A program made the translations under genes and the position numbers. Under the pieces are notes generated by a model. That model was not told the origin of the DNA. It did no database searches and was given only the letters and a program-made list of their open reading frames with translations. From the NCBI GenBank assembly GCA_039918595.1, contig JBDSHF010000538.1:1641-65640 (forward strand): a stretch of 64,000 nt of DNA. The letters run 5' to 3'. Shown here one piece after another: positions 11,301 through 19,800 of the stretch; position 1 is the stretch's first letter, and each line of letters begins with the position of its first letter. Source of the stretch: Thermoanaerobaculia bacterium. GTDB lineage: Bacteria; Acidobacteriota; Thermoanaerobaculia; Multivoradales; UBA5704.

Positions 11301-14300
11301 ATAGGTCAGGGTCTCGTCCGGCCCCACCACCGCCACCGCGGCGGGAGTGCGCGACACCTGCGCCGCCACCAGATTCTGCAGACAGGCCGGCTCGGCAGCA
11401 GGCGCCACCGTGTCGTTCCACTCCCAGATCAGCGCCTGCCGTTCGGGTTCCCCCAGCAGCGGCAGCTCCGACAGACGCCCCCCCGGCGCCGCCACCACCG
11501 CCCGCAGCAGCGACGCAAAATGTACCGACAGCCGCTCCACCGTGACTGCGTCGAACAGCGCTGGGTCGTACTCGAACCCGCCCCCGAGCCCCCGCTCCCC
11601 CGCACCCAGGGAGAGCGACAGATCGAACTTCGCCGCGCTCCCCTCCCCATGCAGCGGGGCAATGGCGAGCTCCGGCAGTTGCACCGTGGGCAGCGTCACA
11701 TTTTGCAGGGCAAAAAGGACATCGAACAGCGGCGTGCGATCGAGATCGCGCTGTGGAGCGATCTCCTCGACCAGCTTCTCGAACGGCAGGTCCTGATGGG
11801 CGTAAGCCGACAGAGTCTCCTCCCGCGTTCGCTCCAGCAACTCGGAAAACACCGGATCGTCTCCCAATCGAGACGGCAGCACCAGGGTATTGACGAAAAA
11901 CCCGATCAAGGGCTCCGTCTCGATCCGGTTGCGGCCCGCGATCGGCGTGCCAACCCTCACCTCTCCTCCACCGCCGTACCGCGAAAGCAGGCTCTGCAGA
12001 GCCGCCAGCAGGAGCATGAACAGCGTCACGCCGTGGCCACGGGCCAGCCCCTGCAGCTCCTCCGCCCTTGCCGGCGAGAGGAGGACGGGGCGCTGCGCCC
12101 CCCGATGCCCCACTTGCGGCGTCCGCGCATGGTCCAGCGGCAGGCTCAGCCGGCTCTCTGTCCCGGAGAGGCGCGAGGTCCAGAAGCGCAGTTGCGCCTC
12201 CAGGACCTCCCCTTCCAGCCAGCTCCGCTGCCACTGCGCGAAGTCCCCGTACTGAATAGCGAGATCGGCCAGCGGCGATCGGTCCCCACGACGGAAGGCT
12301 CCGTACAGGGCCGACAGCTCGCGGATCAGAATGCCCACCGACCAGGCGTCGCTGACCACGTGGTGCATGGCCAGCAGAACGACGTGCTCCTCCTCGCTCC
12401 GGCGCAGCACCGTGCAGCGCACGAGCGGACCGTGCTCCAGGTCGAACGGCGCCCGGGCGTCCTCTCGCGCCAGCCGCCGCACGGCCGCCTGCCACGCCTC
12501 CTCCGGAAGGCCCGCGAGATCGACCACCGGCACCGCCACCGGCACCATCGGCATCACGATCTGCCGCGCCTCGCCGTCCACCGACGGAAACCGCGTGCGC
12601 AGCACCTCGTGACGGCGAACCACCTCCGAAAGCGCCTCAGCGAAGGTCGAGACCTCCAGCACACCAGAGACCGCGAACGGCTGCGGGCAGTTGTAGGCCG
12701 GGCTCGCCGGATCGAGCTGATACAAGAGCCACAGCCGCTGCTGGGCGAAGGAGAGCCGTAGCGGCCGGTCGCGGGGCACCGGCACCATGGGAGGTGGCGC
12801 GTTCCCATCTCCCTCGCCTCCCTGGATCGCCGCTTCGACGCGCAACGCCAGCGCGGCGACCGTGGGACTCTCAAAAAGCACCCGTAGGGGGACTTCCACC
12901 CGGAACTGGGCACGCACCCGCGACATCAGTTGGGTGGCGAGGAGAGAATGGCCGCCGAGATCGAAAAAGTTTCCGTCCCGCCCTATCTGCTCGAGCCCAA
13001 GAACCTCGCGCCAGACGCCGATCATCATCTCCTCGAAGGGAGTGCGCGGGGGCTCGACCTCGTCTACTCCACCGATCCGTTCCGCTTCTTCGGGGGGCGG
13101 CAGGGCCGCGCGATCCACCTTGCCACGGGAGGTGACAGGCAACTGATGCAGCAACACGAAGGCCGCCGGGATCATCGCCTCGGGCAGCCGGGACAGCAGA
13201 TAGTCGCGCAAGGAGCGGGGGTCCAGTTCCTCGCTCACCGCCGCGGAGACCTCCGCTTCACCCTCCTCGATCTCCCAGCCGTCGACGGCCGCGCCGCTTC
13301 GCATCGCGAAGAGGTTGTAACGGTCAGTGCCCGTCAGCAGCTCGTCCTGTTCTATTTCCACCATAAACCCTTGCTGGCCCAGCAGTCCGGTGATCTCCCG
13401 CAGCCGTCCCTCGGTGGGCTCGCCCACCGCGTCATGAACCTCCATGACCACCTGCCGGATCTTTGCCCAGTCCACTTCATCGATGCCGCGCAGAACATCC
13501 AGCTCCGCCCGCTGTACGTCGATCTTGAGCAGGTCGATGCGCTCGACCCCCTGCTCCTTGATAACGTCAGAGAGGCGACGAAGGTTCACGTCCTGGGTCT
13601 TGCTCAGGAAGCGGCCGGCAAGAAGGTCGTCGGCCTGCTCGAGGAGCGCCGCCGCCTCGGCGGAGCCCCGCTCGCGGTCGTTCTCCAGGTAGCGCCTGAT
13701 GACCTCCTGCTCGGAGGCGGCGTCGGCGAAGGCGCTCTGGCCCGACATCATCGAGTAGTTCGGGTAGTAGGTGAACGCCTCGGATCTCTCGCGATCGGAA
13801 AGGCCGAACGGCAGCAAGCTCACCCTGGGGCCGCCAGCGTTGTCCTTCAGATTGCCGAAGATGGACGGCAGCGGCTCGAAGGCGTAGATCCGCGCGCCAG
13901 GGCGATGGAGGCCCACAAAGAGAGTGAACATGCCGATGTTGGCGCCGACGTCGAAGACCACCGGCGCCTCGCCGAGGCGGATCCCCCGGCGGGTATAGCA
14001 GCGCTGCTCGAAGATCTCCCGGTAGAGGTATTCGGTCTCGTTGCGGTTCTGGTGCGCGACCAGCAGACCGTTGGGAAGACGGTGTCGCCGCTCCCCACCC
14101 CGCGCGCTGCCTTCACGGAACCGGGGCACCAGGTAGGCGACCAGACGCAGGTTGCCGGGCCGGTCCTCGCGGGCCACCACCACCGCCTCGCGGATGCCGG
14201 GATGAAGATCGAGGACGGCGGCGATCTCGCCAGGCTCGATGCGCTGGCCACGGATCTTGACCTGGTGATCGATGCGGCCGAGAAACTCGAGGCGCCCGTC

Positions 14301-16835
14301 CCAGCGCCAGCGCACCTGGTCGCCAGTGCGATAAAGCCGGCTGCCAGGCGTGCAGCCAAAGGAATCGGGCACGAACCTCTCCGCGGTTGGCACCGGGCCC
14401 GCCAGGTAGCCGCGGGCGACGCCGGCTCCGCCCACGTGCAGCTCTCCGGATGAGCCCGGAGGCACCGGCCGGGCCTGCTCGTCGAGCACGTAGGTGCGCA
14501 CATTGGACAGCGGCCCCCCGATCGACAGGGCGCCACCGATGCGCTGCACGGAGACATCCACCGTGCACTCGGTGGGGCCGTAGACGTTGAAGTAGACACG
14601 CCGCTCGTCCGCAGCGACCTCTGCCCAGAGCGCCGGATCGACCGCTTCGCCCCCCACCAGCACCAGAGACGGGAATTCCCGCTCCTGCAACCCGGCCGCG
14701 AGAAGGAGGCGGAGTTGCGACGGCGTACAGTCGAAGACATCGACGCGATGGCTCTCCAGATAGTCGAGAAGGGACTGCCCGTCGAGACGGATCTCCTCCG
14801 GGATCGGGCAGAGGGTCCGCCCGCGCAGGAGCTGGACGAGTTGCTTGATCGCGGCGTCAAAGGAGAGGGGCGCGTTGATGCCGACGCGCAGGCCGGGGCG
14901 GCCACGATAGATCGCCGCCTCCAGCGCCTCCAGCAGGTTGACCACCGAGCGATGCTCGACAGCCACCCCCTTGGGGCGGCCCGTGGAGCCGGAGGTGAAG
15001 ATGACGTAGGCGAGGTCGCCCGGCGAAGCCTCCTCCGACGGCGGGAAAACTGCCGCCGCCCCCTCTTGGAGGTGCACATCCGCTGGACAGATCACGGCAA
15101 GGCCCCGTGCCGCGAAAATTCCGCGCAAGCGTTCCTCGGTGACCGCGATCCCAGCTCCCGCCTCTTCAAGGAGGAGGGCCAGACGCTCCACCGGCTGGGC
15201 GGGGTCCACCGGGACGAAGGCGGCACCGCTCTCGAGGATACCGGCGACCCCTACGACCATCTCCAGCGATCGGTCCAGACAGAGCACGACCCTCTCACCG
15301 GGCGCGGCCCCGAGCGACCGGAGGTGCCGGGCGAGGCGGGAGGCGCGCTCTTCGACCTCGCGGAACGTCAGGCCCTCACCCTGGAAGGCGACCGCTTCGC
15401 CTTCCGGCGTCCGCGCCACCTGCGCACGGAAGCGCCCGGAGAGAGTGTCGCCTTCGCGGAGCCCGCTCCGCGTGTCGTTCCACTCCACCAGGAGTTGGTG
15501 CCGCTCCACCGCGCTCAGAACATCGAGGTCGATCAGCCGGGCCTCGGGCTCGGCGAGCGCGCCCGCCAGCAACGCGACGAAGCGGGCCGCCAGCAGATGG
15601 GCCTCAGCAGCCGGGAAGAGCGCGGCGTCATAGCGGAGCTCCAGCGACAGGTCCCCCCCGACCCGGGCGGCCGCGAGCTCCATCCTGAAGCGCTCCGTCA
15701 CCGTCCAGAGCCGGGCCAGGGAGAAGACGGTGCCTCCCGGGGCCGGCCACTCGGCGGGCCACTCGTTCCAGGAAAAAGCGAATGGAGCCAGGGACTCGGC
15801 GGCCACGCCCGCGCCCTCCGCCACCAGCTCCCACGAAAAGTACTCCTGCCACTCCTCGGCGCCGACCACCGCCTGCCAGGCCTCCTTGACGAGAGCGTCG
15901 AAGCCGAGGCGGGCCTCGCCGCGGATGAGGGCCAGGGGCCACCGCGCGTAGAGGCCCAAGGCCTCGTGCATCTCCTCGTAGGGGCGGCCGCCGCTGAGGA
16001 CCGCGAGGGCGATCTGCTGGCGCCCGGCGGCGCGGGCCAGAACGTGATACCAGGCCGCCAGCAGGCAGGACGAGACGTGGACGTCGAAACGGCGGGCGGC
16101 GGCCTCCAGGCGGCCGGTGAGCCCGGCGGGGAGGGCGACCAGCACCGCCGCCGGGAGGAACCTACCCCCCTCCGCGGCCTCGGAGGGGAGGCGCAGGTCG
16201 GCGAGCTCGGCGAGCTTGGGGTCGCGCCAGTGGCTCCTCCCCGCCTCGCCATCGCTGGCGGTCTGCAGATCGTTCTGCCACTCGGAGAACTGCGTGTACT
16301 GCACCGGCTCCTCCGCCGGTTCCTCCCCGGCGAGGCCAGACAGGACCTGGTGGATGAGGCTGCGCAGCGACCACTCGTCCGCGCTGAGAGAGGAGACGCT
16401 GACCGCGAGCACCCAGCCGAGCCCGGTGAGCGGCAGGAGAGAGAAGAGCGCCTGCGGTCCCGCCCCACCGACCCCCAGACGGGCGCGGTCCTCGCGCAAC
16501 AGCCATTCGATCGCCTCGGCCGGGTCCGCCGTGGCGGCCGCGGGGTGGTCGGGGCCGAGCGCCCGGAAGGCGTCCGGGACCTCTTCGGCCAGCACCTGAA
16601 TCGGCATCTCCATCCCGGGCAGGCAGGCATAGCGGGTGCGCAGGATCTCGTGACGCGCCACCACGCGCCGTACCGCGAGTCCGAGGGCATCGGAGGCGAG
16701 ATCACCCCGGGCGAGGAGAGCGCACTGGCAGGCCAGTGTCGGACCGCTACGCTGGAGCTGCCAGATCCGGCGCTGCTGGGGCGCCAGGGGAAACCCTTCG
16801 AGGACACCGGCGGAGGCGAGATCCGCGGCCGTCAT
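2388..16835 (-). CDS. NRPS-5: X-A(Glu-type, FkbM-MT insert)-T / C-A-T / C-A-T / C-A-T-TE (modules 11-14, terminating synthetase)
   Basis: 4815-aa ORF. ATG 16835 overlaps the NRPS-4 stop (ATGA 16832-16835). Motifs read from the translation follow. X domain: LAPQQRRIW, ARHEILRTRY, and SVSSLSADEWS at the C3 position (no His). A domain: LAYVIFTSGSTGRPKG, SFDAAIKQ, FNVYGPTECTVD, RLYRTGD, GRIDHQVKIRGQRIEPGEI. The A domain is split by an FkbM-type MT (VVFDVGANIGMFTLF, DVGANIG = nt 13932-13952; IDLLKIDVQRAELDVLRG) before LPEAMIP..SRGKVDR. Then T (GGHSL); C (HHVVSDAWS)-A-T; C (HHVASDAWS)-A-T, a near-duplicate of the previous module; C (HHVVGDGWS)-A-T; and TE (GGWSMG = nt 2985-3002; PGDHYH). Hand codes: module 11 DAKDLGVVDK (Glu), modules 12 and 13 DMFNNGLTFK (closest remembered is Ala-type DLFNNALTYK), module 14 DAESIGSVDK (Lys/Orn-like). 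Approximate nt map: X 15516-16835; A+MT 13101-15443; T 12840-13043; C 11451-12764; A 9924-11372; T 9660-9863; C 8271-9584; A 6735-8183; T 6471-6677; C 5082-6398; A 3534-5006; T 3273-3476; TE 2469-3236. Confidence 0.97.
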   Translation of the reverse strand: MTAADLASAGVLEGFPLAPQQRRIWQLQRSGPTLACQCALLARGDLASDALGLAVRRVVARHEILRTRYACLPGMEMPIQVLAEEVPDAFRALGPDHPAAATADPAEAIEWLLREDRARLGVGGAGPQALFSLLPLTGLGWVLAVSVSSLSADEWSLRSLIHQVLSGLAGEEPAEEPVQYTQFSEWQNDLQTASDGEAGRSHWRDPKLAELADLRLPSEAAEGGRFLPAAVLVALPAGLTGRLEAAARRFDVHVSSCLLAAWYHVLARAAGRQQIALAVLSGGRPYEEMHEALGLYARWPLALIRGEARLGFDALVKEAWQAVVGAEEWQEYFSWELVAEGAGVAAESLAPFAFSWNEWPAEWPAPGGTVFSLARLWTVTERFRMELAAARVGGDLSLELRYDAALFPAAEAHLLAARFVALLAGALAEPEARLIDLDVLSAVERHQLLVEWNDTRSGLREGDTLSGRFRAQVARTPEGEAVAFQGEGLTFREVEERASRLARHLRSLGAAPGERVVLCLDRSLEMVVGVAGILESGAAFVPVDPAQPVERLALLLEEAGAGIAVTEERLRGIFAARGLAVICPADVHLQEGAAAVFPPSEEASPGDLAYVIFTSGSTGRPKGVAVEHRSVVNLLEALEAAIYRGRPGLRVGINAPLSFDAAIKQLVQLLRGRTLCPIPEEIRLDGQSLLDYLESHRVDVFDCTPSQLRLLLAAGLQEREFPSLVLVGGEAVDPALWAEVAADERRVYFNVYGPTECTVDVSVQRIGGALSIGGPLSNVRTYVLDEQARPVPPGSSGELHVGGAGVARGYLAGPVPTAERFVPDSFGCTPGSRLYRTGDQVRWRWDGRLEFLGRIDHQVKIRGQRIEPGEIAAVLDLHPGIREAVVVAREDRPGNLRLVAYLVPRFREGSARGGERRHRLPNGLLVAHQNRNETEYLYREIFEQRCYTRRGIRLGEAPVVFDVGANIGMFTLFVGLHRPGARIYAFEPLPSIFGNLKDNAGGPRVSLLPFGLSDRERSEAFTYYPNYSMMSGQSAFADAASEQEVIRRYLENDRERGSAEAAALLEQADDLLAGRFLSKTQDVNLRRLSDVIKEQGVERIDLLKIDVQRAELDVLRGIDEVDWAKIRQVVMEVHDAVGEPTEGRLREITGLLGQQGFMVEIEQDELLTGTDRYNLFAMRSGAAVDGWEIEEGEAEVSAAVSEELDPRSLRDYLLSRLPEAMIPAAFVLLHQLPVTSRGKVDRAALPPPEEAERIGGVDEVEPPRTPFEEMMIGVWREVLGLEQIGRDGNFFDLGGHSLLATQLMSRVRAQFRVEVPLRVLFESPTVAALALRVEAAIQGGEGDGNAPPPMVPVPRDRPLRLSFAQQRLWLLYQLDPASPAYNCPQPFAVSGVLEVSTFAEALSEVVRRHEVLRTRFPSVDGEARQIVMPMVPVAVPVVDLAGLPEEAWQAAVRRLAREDARAPFDLEHGPLVRCTVLRRSEEEHVVLLAMHHVVSDAWSVGILIRELSALYGAFRRGDRSPLADLAIQYGDFAQWQRSWLEGEVLEAQLRFWTSRLSGTESRLSLPLDHARTPQVGHRGAQRPVLLSPARAEELQGLARGHGVTLFMLLLAALQSLLSRYGGGGEVRVGTPIAGRNRIETEPLIGFFVNTLVLPSRLGDDPVFSELLERTREETLSAYAHQDLPFEKLVEEIAPQRDLDRTPLFDVLFALQNVTLPTVQLPELAIAPLHGEGSAAKFDLSLSLGAGERGLGGGFEYDPALFDAVTVERLSVHFASLLRAVVAAPGGRLSELPLLGEPERQALIWEWNDTVAPAAEPACLQNLVAAQVSRTPAAVAVVGPDETLTYGELDRRAELLSRRLRALGIGPECCVGVLLERTAELVVALLAVLKSGGAYVPLDAAYPQSRLAFILRDSGAAALITRGDLLASLGTVPEGVHPVLLAAGWQSEPAMELPSDVAAPAGPGNLAYLIYTSGSTGVPKAVALEHRSAVAFVRWAWEVFSPEDLAGVLASTSIGFDMSVFELFVPLSRGGKVLVAANVLELPRLPAVGEVTLVNTVPSAMAELLAGGALPASVRTVNLGGEPLPRALADAVHAQGPLRLYNLYGPSEDTTFSTIAAIAGQGSGPSSIGRPVAGTQVYLLGADRRLVPLGAPGELYLGGEGLGRGYFGRPDRTAESFVPNPFAALAGGAGSRLYRTGDLARFRADGELEYLGRIDQQVKVRGFRIEPGEIESVLESHPGVRQAAVVAWTDGSGDRRLVAYVVPSGEEVPAQELREYLRGRLPEPMVPAFLVALASLPRTASGKIDRGSLPSPDLASGSAERSTVAPRSLLELELVGIWEELLGVSGLGVTDDFFELGGHSLLATRLMSRVRERFGADLPLRVLFENPTVATLAERVDTTLQGGEAVSAPPLVPVPRDKPLRLSFAQQRLWFLHQLDPESPAYNLPQPFTISGVLEVPAFAAALAEVVRRHEVLRTRFLSVEGEARQVVAPASAVAVPVVDLGGVPEAAWQAAVRRLAREDARTPFDLEQGPLVRCTVLRRVGEEHVVLLAMHHVASDAWSVGLLIRELSTLYEAFRRGKESPLAELLLQYGDFAEWQRSWLQGEVLESHLRFWTSCLAGTENRRSLPLDRARSPQVGHRGAQRPFLLAGEQAEELQELARAHGVTLFMLLLAAVQSLLSRWGGGGEVRVGTPIAGRNRMETEPLIGFFVNTLVLPSRLGDDPGFSLLLERTREATLSAYAHQDLPFEKLVKELAPRRDLDRTPLFDVLFALQTVTLPALQLPELAIAPLSGEGGAAKFDLSLSLSVGARGLGGGFEYDPALFDGVTVERLSAHLGSLLSAVVAQPDRPLSELPLLGEPERQALVWEWNDTAAVAAVASAPACLQDLVSAQVARTPGAVAVVGRDETLTYAELDRRAELLSRRLRALGIGPERCVGVLLERTAELVVALLAVLKSGGAYVPLDAAYPQARLAFLLRDSGASALVTRSGLLASLGTVPEGVQPVLLAAGWESEPAAEVPSDATALAVPGNLAYLIYTSGSTGVPKAVALEHRSAVAFVRWAWEVFSPEELAGVLGSTSIGFDMSVFELFVPLSRGGRVLMAANVLELPRLPAAGEVTLVNTVPSAMAELLAGGGLPASVRTVNLGGEPLPRALAEAVHAQGRLRLYNLYGPSEDTTFSTIAAIGSGESGPSSIGRPVAGTQVYLLDGDRLVSPGVPGELYLGGAGLGRGYFGRPDRTAESFVPNPLAALAGGPGSRLYRTGDLARFRADGELEYLGRIDQQVKVRGFRIEPGEIESVLESHPGVRQAAVVAWTDGSGDRRLVAYMVPSGEEVPAQELREYLRDRLPEPMVPAFLVELASLPRTASGKIDRGSLPSPDLASGSAERATVAPRSLLELELVDLFEMLLGVRPVGVTDDFFELGGHSLLATRLMSRVRERFGADLPLRALFESPTVATLAERVDAAVRGGEGGSAPPLVPLPRDRPLRLSFAQQRLWFLHQLDPESPAYNLPQTLAVSGALDVAAFAGALSEVVRRHEVLRTVFPSVDGEPRQVVLPAEPVPVPVVDLSGLAEEPRQATVRRLAREEGRSPFDLAQGPLLRCTVLLRNGVEYVVLLTMHHVVGDGWSIGVLIRELSALYEAFRRGEESPLPELAVQYGDFAEWQRSWLQGEVLEAQLRFWTSRLSGTESRASLPLDRPRTPQVGRRGAQQPFLLAGGTSRALEEVARAHGVTPFMLLLASVQTLLWRYGGGEEAVVVGTPIAGRNRLETEPLIGFFVNTLALPSRLGDDPGFSELLKRTREESLSAFAHQDVPFEKLVEEIAPHRNVDRTPFFDVLFALQNVEVPEVRLPELRIAGLEGQAAAAKFDLSLTLSAGARGIGGGFEYDPSLFDAVTVERLSGHLTALLEAVAAQPVRRLSELPLLALPERHALLLEWNDTAAGREDRPVHECFAERAAADPEQPAVISGAQSLSYGELDRRSNQLARYLRRLGVGPEVLVGIALPRSLDLLVALLGVLKSGGAYLPLDPADPGERLGALLRDSGALLLLSRRDLAAKVPDGPRLVCLEEEEALIQGESEETVRVPVALESLAYVLYTSGSTGAPKGVMVSHGALTAYIRGAGLCYGVVPDDRVLQFASITFDASVEDIYPCLTHGGTLVLRSPSMLDSPSGFLAECGRLGLTVVSMATSYWHELAAAMDTEELEVPPSVRLVIIGGEEARADRSRAWRRRTRVPVINSYGPTEVTVDGTRSDLAAWSEEHHRVPIGRAREEARVYLLDAVLRPVPLGTPGEICIGGSGVARGYLGRPERTAELFVPDPFRVRAGDRLYRTGDLGRFRGNGELEYLGRIDQQVKVRGFRIEPGEIESVLMSHPGVRQSAVVAGEDAQGYGRLVAYVVPSGEPVPVRELREYLRERLPDYMVPSVFVALSSLPRTAGGKIARRSLPAPELVSGSAEGASVPPRDLLELELVGIWEELLGVSGLGVTDDFFELGGHSLLATRVVARIQRQTGRRLSLALLMREPTIERLAAALRRGEPSTRSCLVEIQTAGSKAPLFWVHPVGGNVLCYMELSRRLGLDQPFYAFRARGLEEGEVCLAEVASMAVEYCAELLRFQPEGPYHLGGWSMGGLVAYEMAQRLAGEGREVRSLTLLDTHLPGAVGAPLTDLEILAAFALELGLRREILVQLADKLQRETTGRDLVDEVLVAARSAAVIPPDLDLEDLHRLFAVFRTNARGMEEYRAQPYSGRLTVVAAEEGSAGDGPELGWAPLASGGLDLWKTPGDHYHVLREPQVRSFAERLASSLSRTGSPGQFTSVSFLKKKKESS
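2397..2402 (-). promoter_or_regulatory. Shine-Dalgarno (AAGGAG) for the permease, embedded in the last codons of NRPS-5
   Basis: The minus strand reads ...AAA AAG AAA AAG GAG AGT TCT TGATG. AAGGAG lies 8 nt upstream of the permease ATG and also encodes part of the NRPS-5 C-terminal KKKKESS tail. Confidence 0.6.
2469..3236 (-). other. Type I thioesterase (TE) release domain of NRPS-5
   Basis: PLFWVHPVGGNV, GGWSMGG (nt 2985-3002) and PGDHYH are present. It is the last domain before the stop at 2388-2390. Confidence 0.9.
6399..9584. repeat. Tandem module repeat, copy 2 (C-A-T of module 13)
   Basis: See copy 1. The repeat period is about 3.18 kb (offset 3183-3186 nt, depending on a 1-codon indel). 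Confidence 0.9.
9585..12764. repeat. Tandem module repeat, copy 1 (C-A-T of module 12)
   Basis: The 1060-aa module is near-identical to the following 1062-aa module. There is a 122-nt exact DNA match, 10129-10250 = 6943-7064. Confidence 0.9.
13281..14093 (-). other. FkbM-type methyltransferase domain inserted in the A domain (A8/A9), NRPS-5 copy (subtype a)
   Basis: NRNETEYLYREIFEQRCY, VVFDVGANIGMFTLFVGLHRPGARIYAFEP, IDLLKIDVQRAELDVLRG. Confidence 0.8.
15516..16835 (-). other. X domain (condensation-superfamily fold, catalytic His absent), NRPS-5 copy
   Basis: LAPQQRRIW, ARHEILRTRY and VQYTQFSEWQ are retained. The C3 position reads SVSSLSADEWS. Confidence 0.8.
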
Positions 16836-19800
16836 CGCGGCGCTCCCGTTCCAGCCCCGGCGCGGGACCTCACCGCCAGGAACCGTTTCCGATTCGAGTC
16901 TTTGAGAGCTCGCCGATGCCGTTCGAGCTCGGCCTCTTCCTCGTCGGTGAGGACCCTGAGAGCGTCGAGCGGTTCGTCCGGCCGTGCCGAGGCCTCGCGC
17001 AGGAGGGTCTCGAGATGACCCTGCATGCGCGCGATGGTGGCGGCCTCGAACAGGTCCGCGTTGTAGGTCCAGCTCAACCCCAGCGACTCGCGACCCTCGT
17101 AGAGCCAGAGCGTGAGGTCGTAGCGAGAGCTCTCGAGCTGGGCGCCGACCGGTTGCAGTTTCAGACCAGGGAGGTCGAAGACCTCCCGCGGCGCGTTCTG
17201 CAGGCCGAAGGCGACCTGGAAGATGGGCGAGCGGCCGGCGCCGCGCTCCGGGGCCAAGTCCTCGACCAGCTTCTCGAACGGCAGATCCTGATGCGTATAG
17301 GCGTCCAGGGCAAAACGGCGCACGCGGCCCACCAGCTCGCGGAAGCTGGGGCGTCCCGACAGATCGGCCCCCATTACGAGCATGTTGAGGAAGCAGCCGA
17401 TCAGATCCTCAGTCTCGCGCCGGTTGCGGCCGGCAATGGGCACGCCAACCAGCACGCGATCCTGACCGCTGTAGCGAGCGAGGAGCGCCTGGAAGCCGGC
17501 GAGGAGCGTCATGAACAGGGTCGCCCCCTCGCCCCGGCTGAGCTCCTGGAGACGCGCCGAGACCTCCGGCGCGAGGCGGAAGCTCTCGCGGCCGCCCCGG
17601 AAAGTCGGCGCCGCCGGGCGCGGGCGGTCGGTGGGGAGGTCCAGCACCGGCGGCTCACTCCCGAGTTGCCGCCGCCAGAAGGCGAGCTCCCGCTCCAGAA
17701 CCTCGCCCGCCAGCCAGTGCCGCTGCCAGAACGAAATGTCGGCGTACTGCACGGGCAGCTCCGGAAGCGGCGAGGGGAGCCCCGCCAGGAAGGCGGCGTA
17801 GAGAGTCGCGACCTCGCGCACCAGCACGCCGAGAGACCAGGCGTCGCTCACGATGTGATGCATGGTAAGGAGGATCACATGCTCTTCCTCCCCGAGGCGC
17901 AGGAGATGGGCCCGCAGCAGCGGCCCACGGGCGAGGTCGAACGGCCGCCGCGCCTCCTCCGTCATCAGGCCGAGGCTGACGGTCTCCCGCGGCGAGTCCG
18001 CCAGCCCCGTCAGGTCGATCCGGGGCAGATGGAAGGGGGACACCGGGGCGATCCGCTGGCGGGGGCCGCCGTCCGCCGTCGGAAAGGTGGTCCGCAGAAC
18101 CTCGTGACGGCGCAGCACCTCCCCGAGCGTCCGTTCCAGAACGGCGGCATCGAGGCGGCCGGCGAGGCGGACAGCCTTCGGGCTGTTGTAGGCCGGGCTG
18201 TCCGGCTCTACCTGGTGGAGAAACCAGAACCGCTGCTGGGCGAAGGAGAGCGGCAGGTCGCCGTCGCGCGACACCGGCAGGATGGGCGGCGCCTCCAGCC
18301 CATGACCGGCGCGCACGACGCTCTCGATCCGGGCGGCGAGCCCCTCCACCGTCGGCTCCTCGAACAGCGCGCGCAGCGGCAGCTCGACCTGGAAGGCGGA
18401 GCGCGCCCGGGACATGACTTGCGTGGCGAGCAGGGAGTGGCCACCGAGCTCGAAGAAGCTCTCGTCGATCCCCACCCTGTCCACCCCCAGGACCTCGGAC
18501 CAGATCCCCACCAGCACCTCTTCGAAGGGCGTGCGAGGCGGCGCCGCCTCGCGGGCCGGAGCGACGTCCTCCGGCAGGGGGAGGGCGGCCAGGTCGACCT
18601 TGCCGTTGCGGGTGAGCGGGATCTCGTCGAGCCAGACGAAAGCGGTCGGTACCATGTTGTCCGGGAGCCGAGAGCGCAGGAACTGGCGCAGGTCGGCGCT
18701 GGCCAGAGGAACCGTTTCCGCCGGCGGCTGTGACCGCGGAGTGGCGATCCGGGGCTCGGCCACCGCCCCGGCCGGCAGGCGGAGAGAGACGGCATAGACG
18801 TTGTGGCGATCCGTGCCGCGGAGCAGCTCATCCTGCTCGGCCACCGCCCGAAATCCGCGCCGGTCGAGGAGCGCGAGCACCTCCGCCACCCGCCCCTCGC
18901 TCTCGGTGCCGGGGGCATCGTGGACCTCCATCGCGACCTGGTCGACCGCCGCCCAGTCCCCCTCGTCGAGCCCCTGCAGTACCTCGAGCTCGGCCCGCTG
19001 CACATCCACCTTGAGGAGGTCGACCCGCGCGATCTTCTCTTCCCGCAGCACGTCGGAGAGGCGGCGCAGGCGGGCCGTCACGTCGTCCCCCTGAAAACGT
19101 CCGGCGAGGAGATCGTTGGCCTCTTCGAGCAGAATCTCGGCATCCTGGCTCCCCTCCTCGCGGAGGTTTTCCAGGTAGCGTTTGACGACTTCGGTCTCGG
19201 ACTCGGGACGGGCGTGCCGGCTCTGGCCGGACATCATGGTGTAGCGGGGATAGAAGGTAAACGCCTCTTCCCGTTCGCCGTCGGAGAGGCCATACGGGAA
19301 GAGCCTGGTCCCCGGGGCGTACAGCTCGCAGTTGGCGCGGAGCGATTCGAAGATGGCCGGCACCGGCTCAAAAGCGAAGACGCGGGGGCGCGCGCACTCC
19401 TGGTGGACGAAGAGGGTGAACATGCCGATATTGGCCCCGACGTCGAGGATGCAGGCGTCGTCCGGCAGCCGCAATCCGTGCTGGAGATAGCAACGCTTGT
19501 CGAAGATCTCTTCGTAGAGGTAGTCGGTCTCGTTGCGGTTCTGATGCAGGATCGTCATGCCGTTGGGCAGCTCGTAGCGCGGTCGCCCGGCCGGAGCGGC
19601 GCCCTGCCGTCCGGGCAGGACGTAGGCGACCAGCCGCTGGTCTCCCGGATGGTCCTCGCGGAGGACGACCAGGGCGTCGCGCACCAGAGGGCTCTCCCGC
19701 AACGTAGCCTCGATCTCGCCGGGCTCGATGCGCACCCCGCGGACCTTGACCTGGCGGTCGAGACGGCCGAGGAACTCGAGGCGCCCCTCGGCGAGGAAGC

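Noticed and set aside
6399-12764. Large direct repeats as a CRISPR array or mobile-element repeats.
   Set aside because: The repeats are 3.2-kb in-frame coding duplications of an NRPS module. There are no short repeat-spacer units or terminal inverted repeats.
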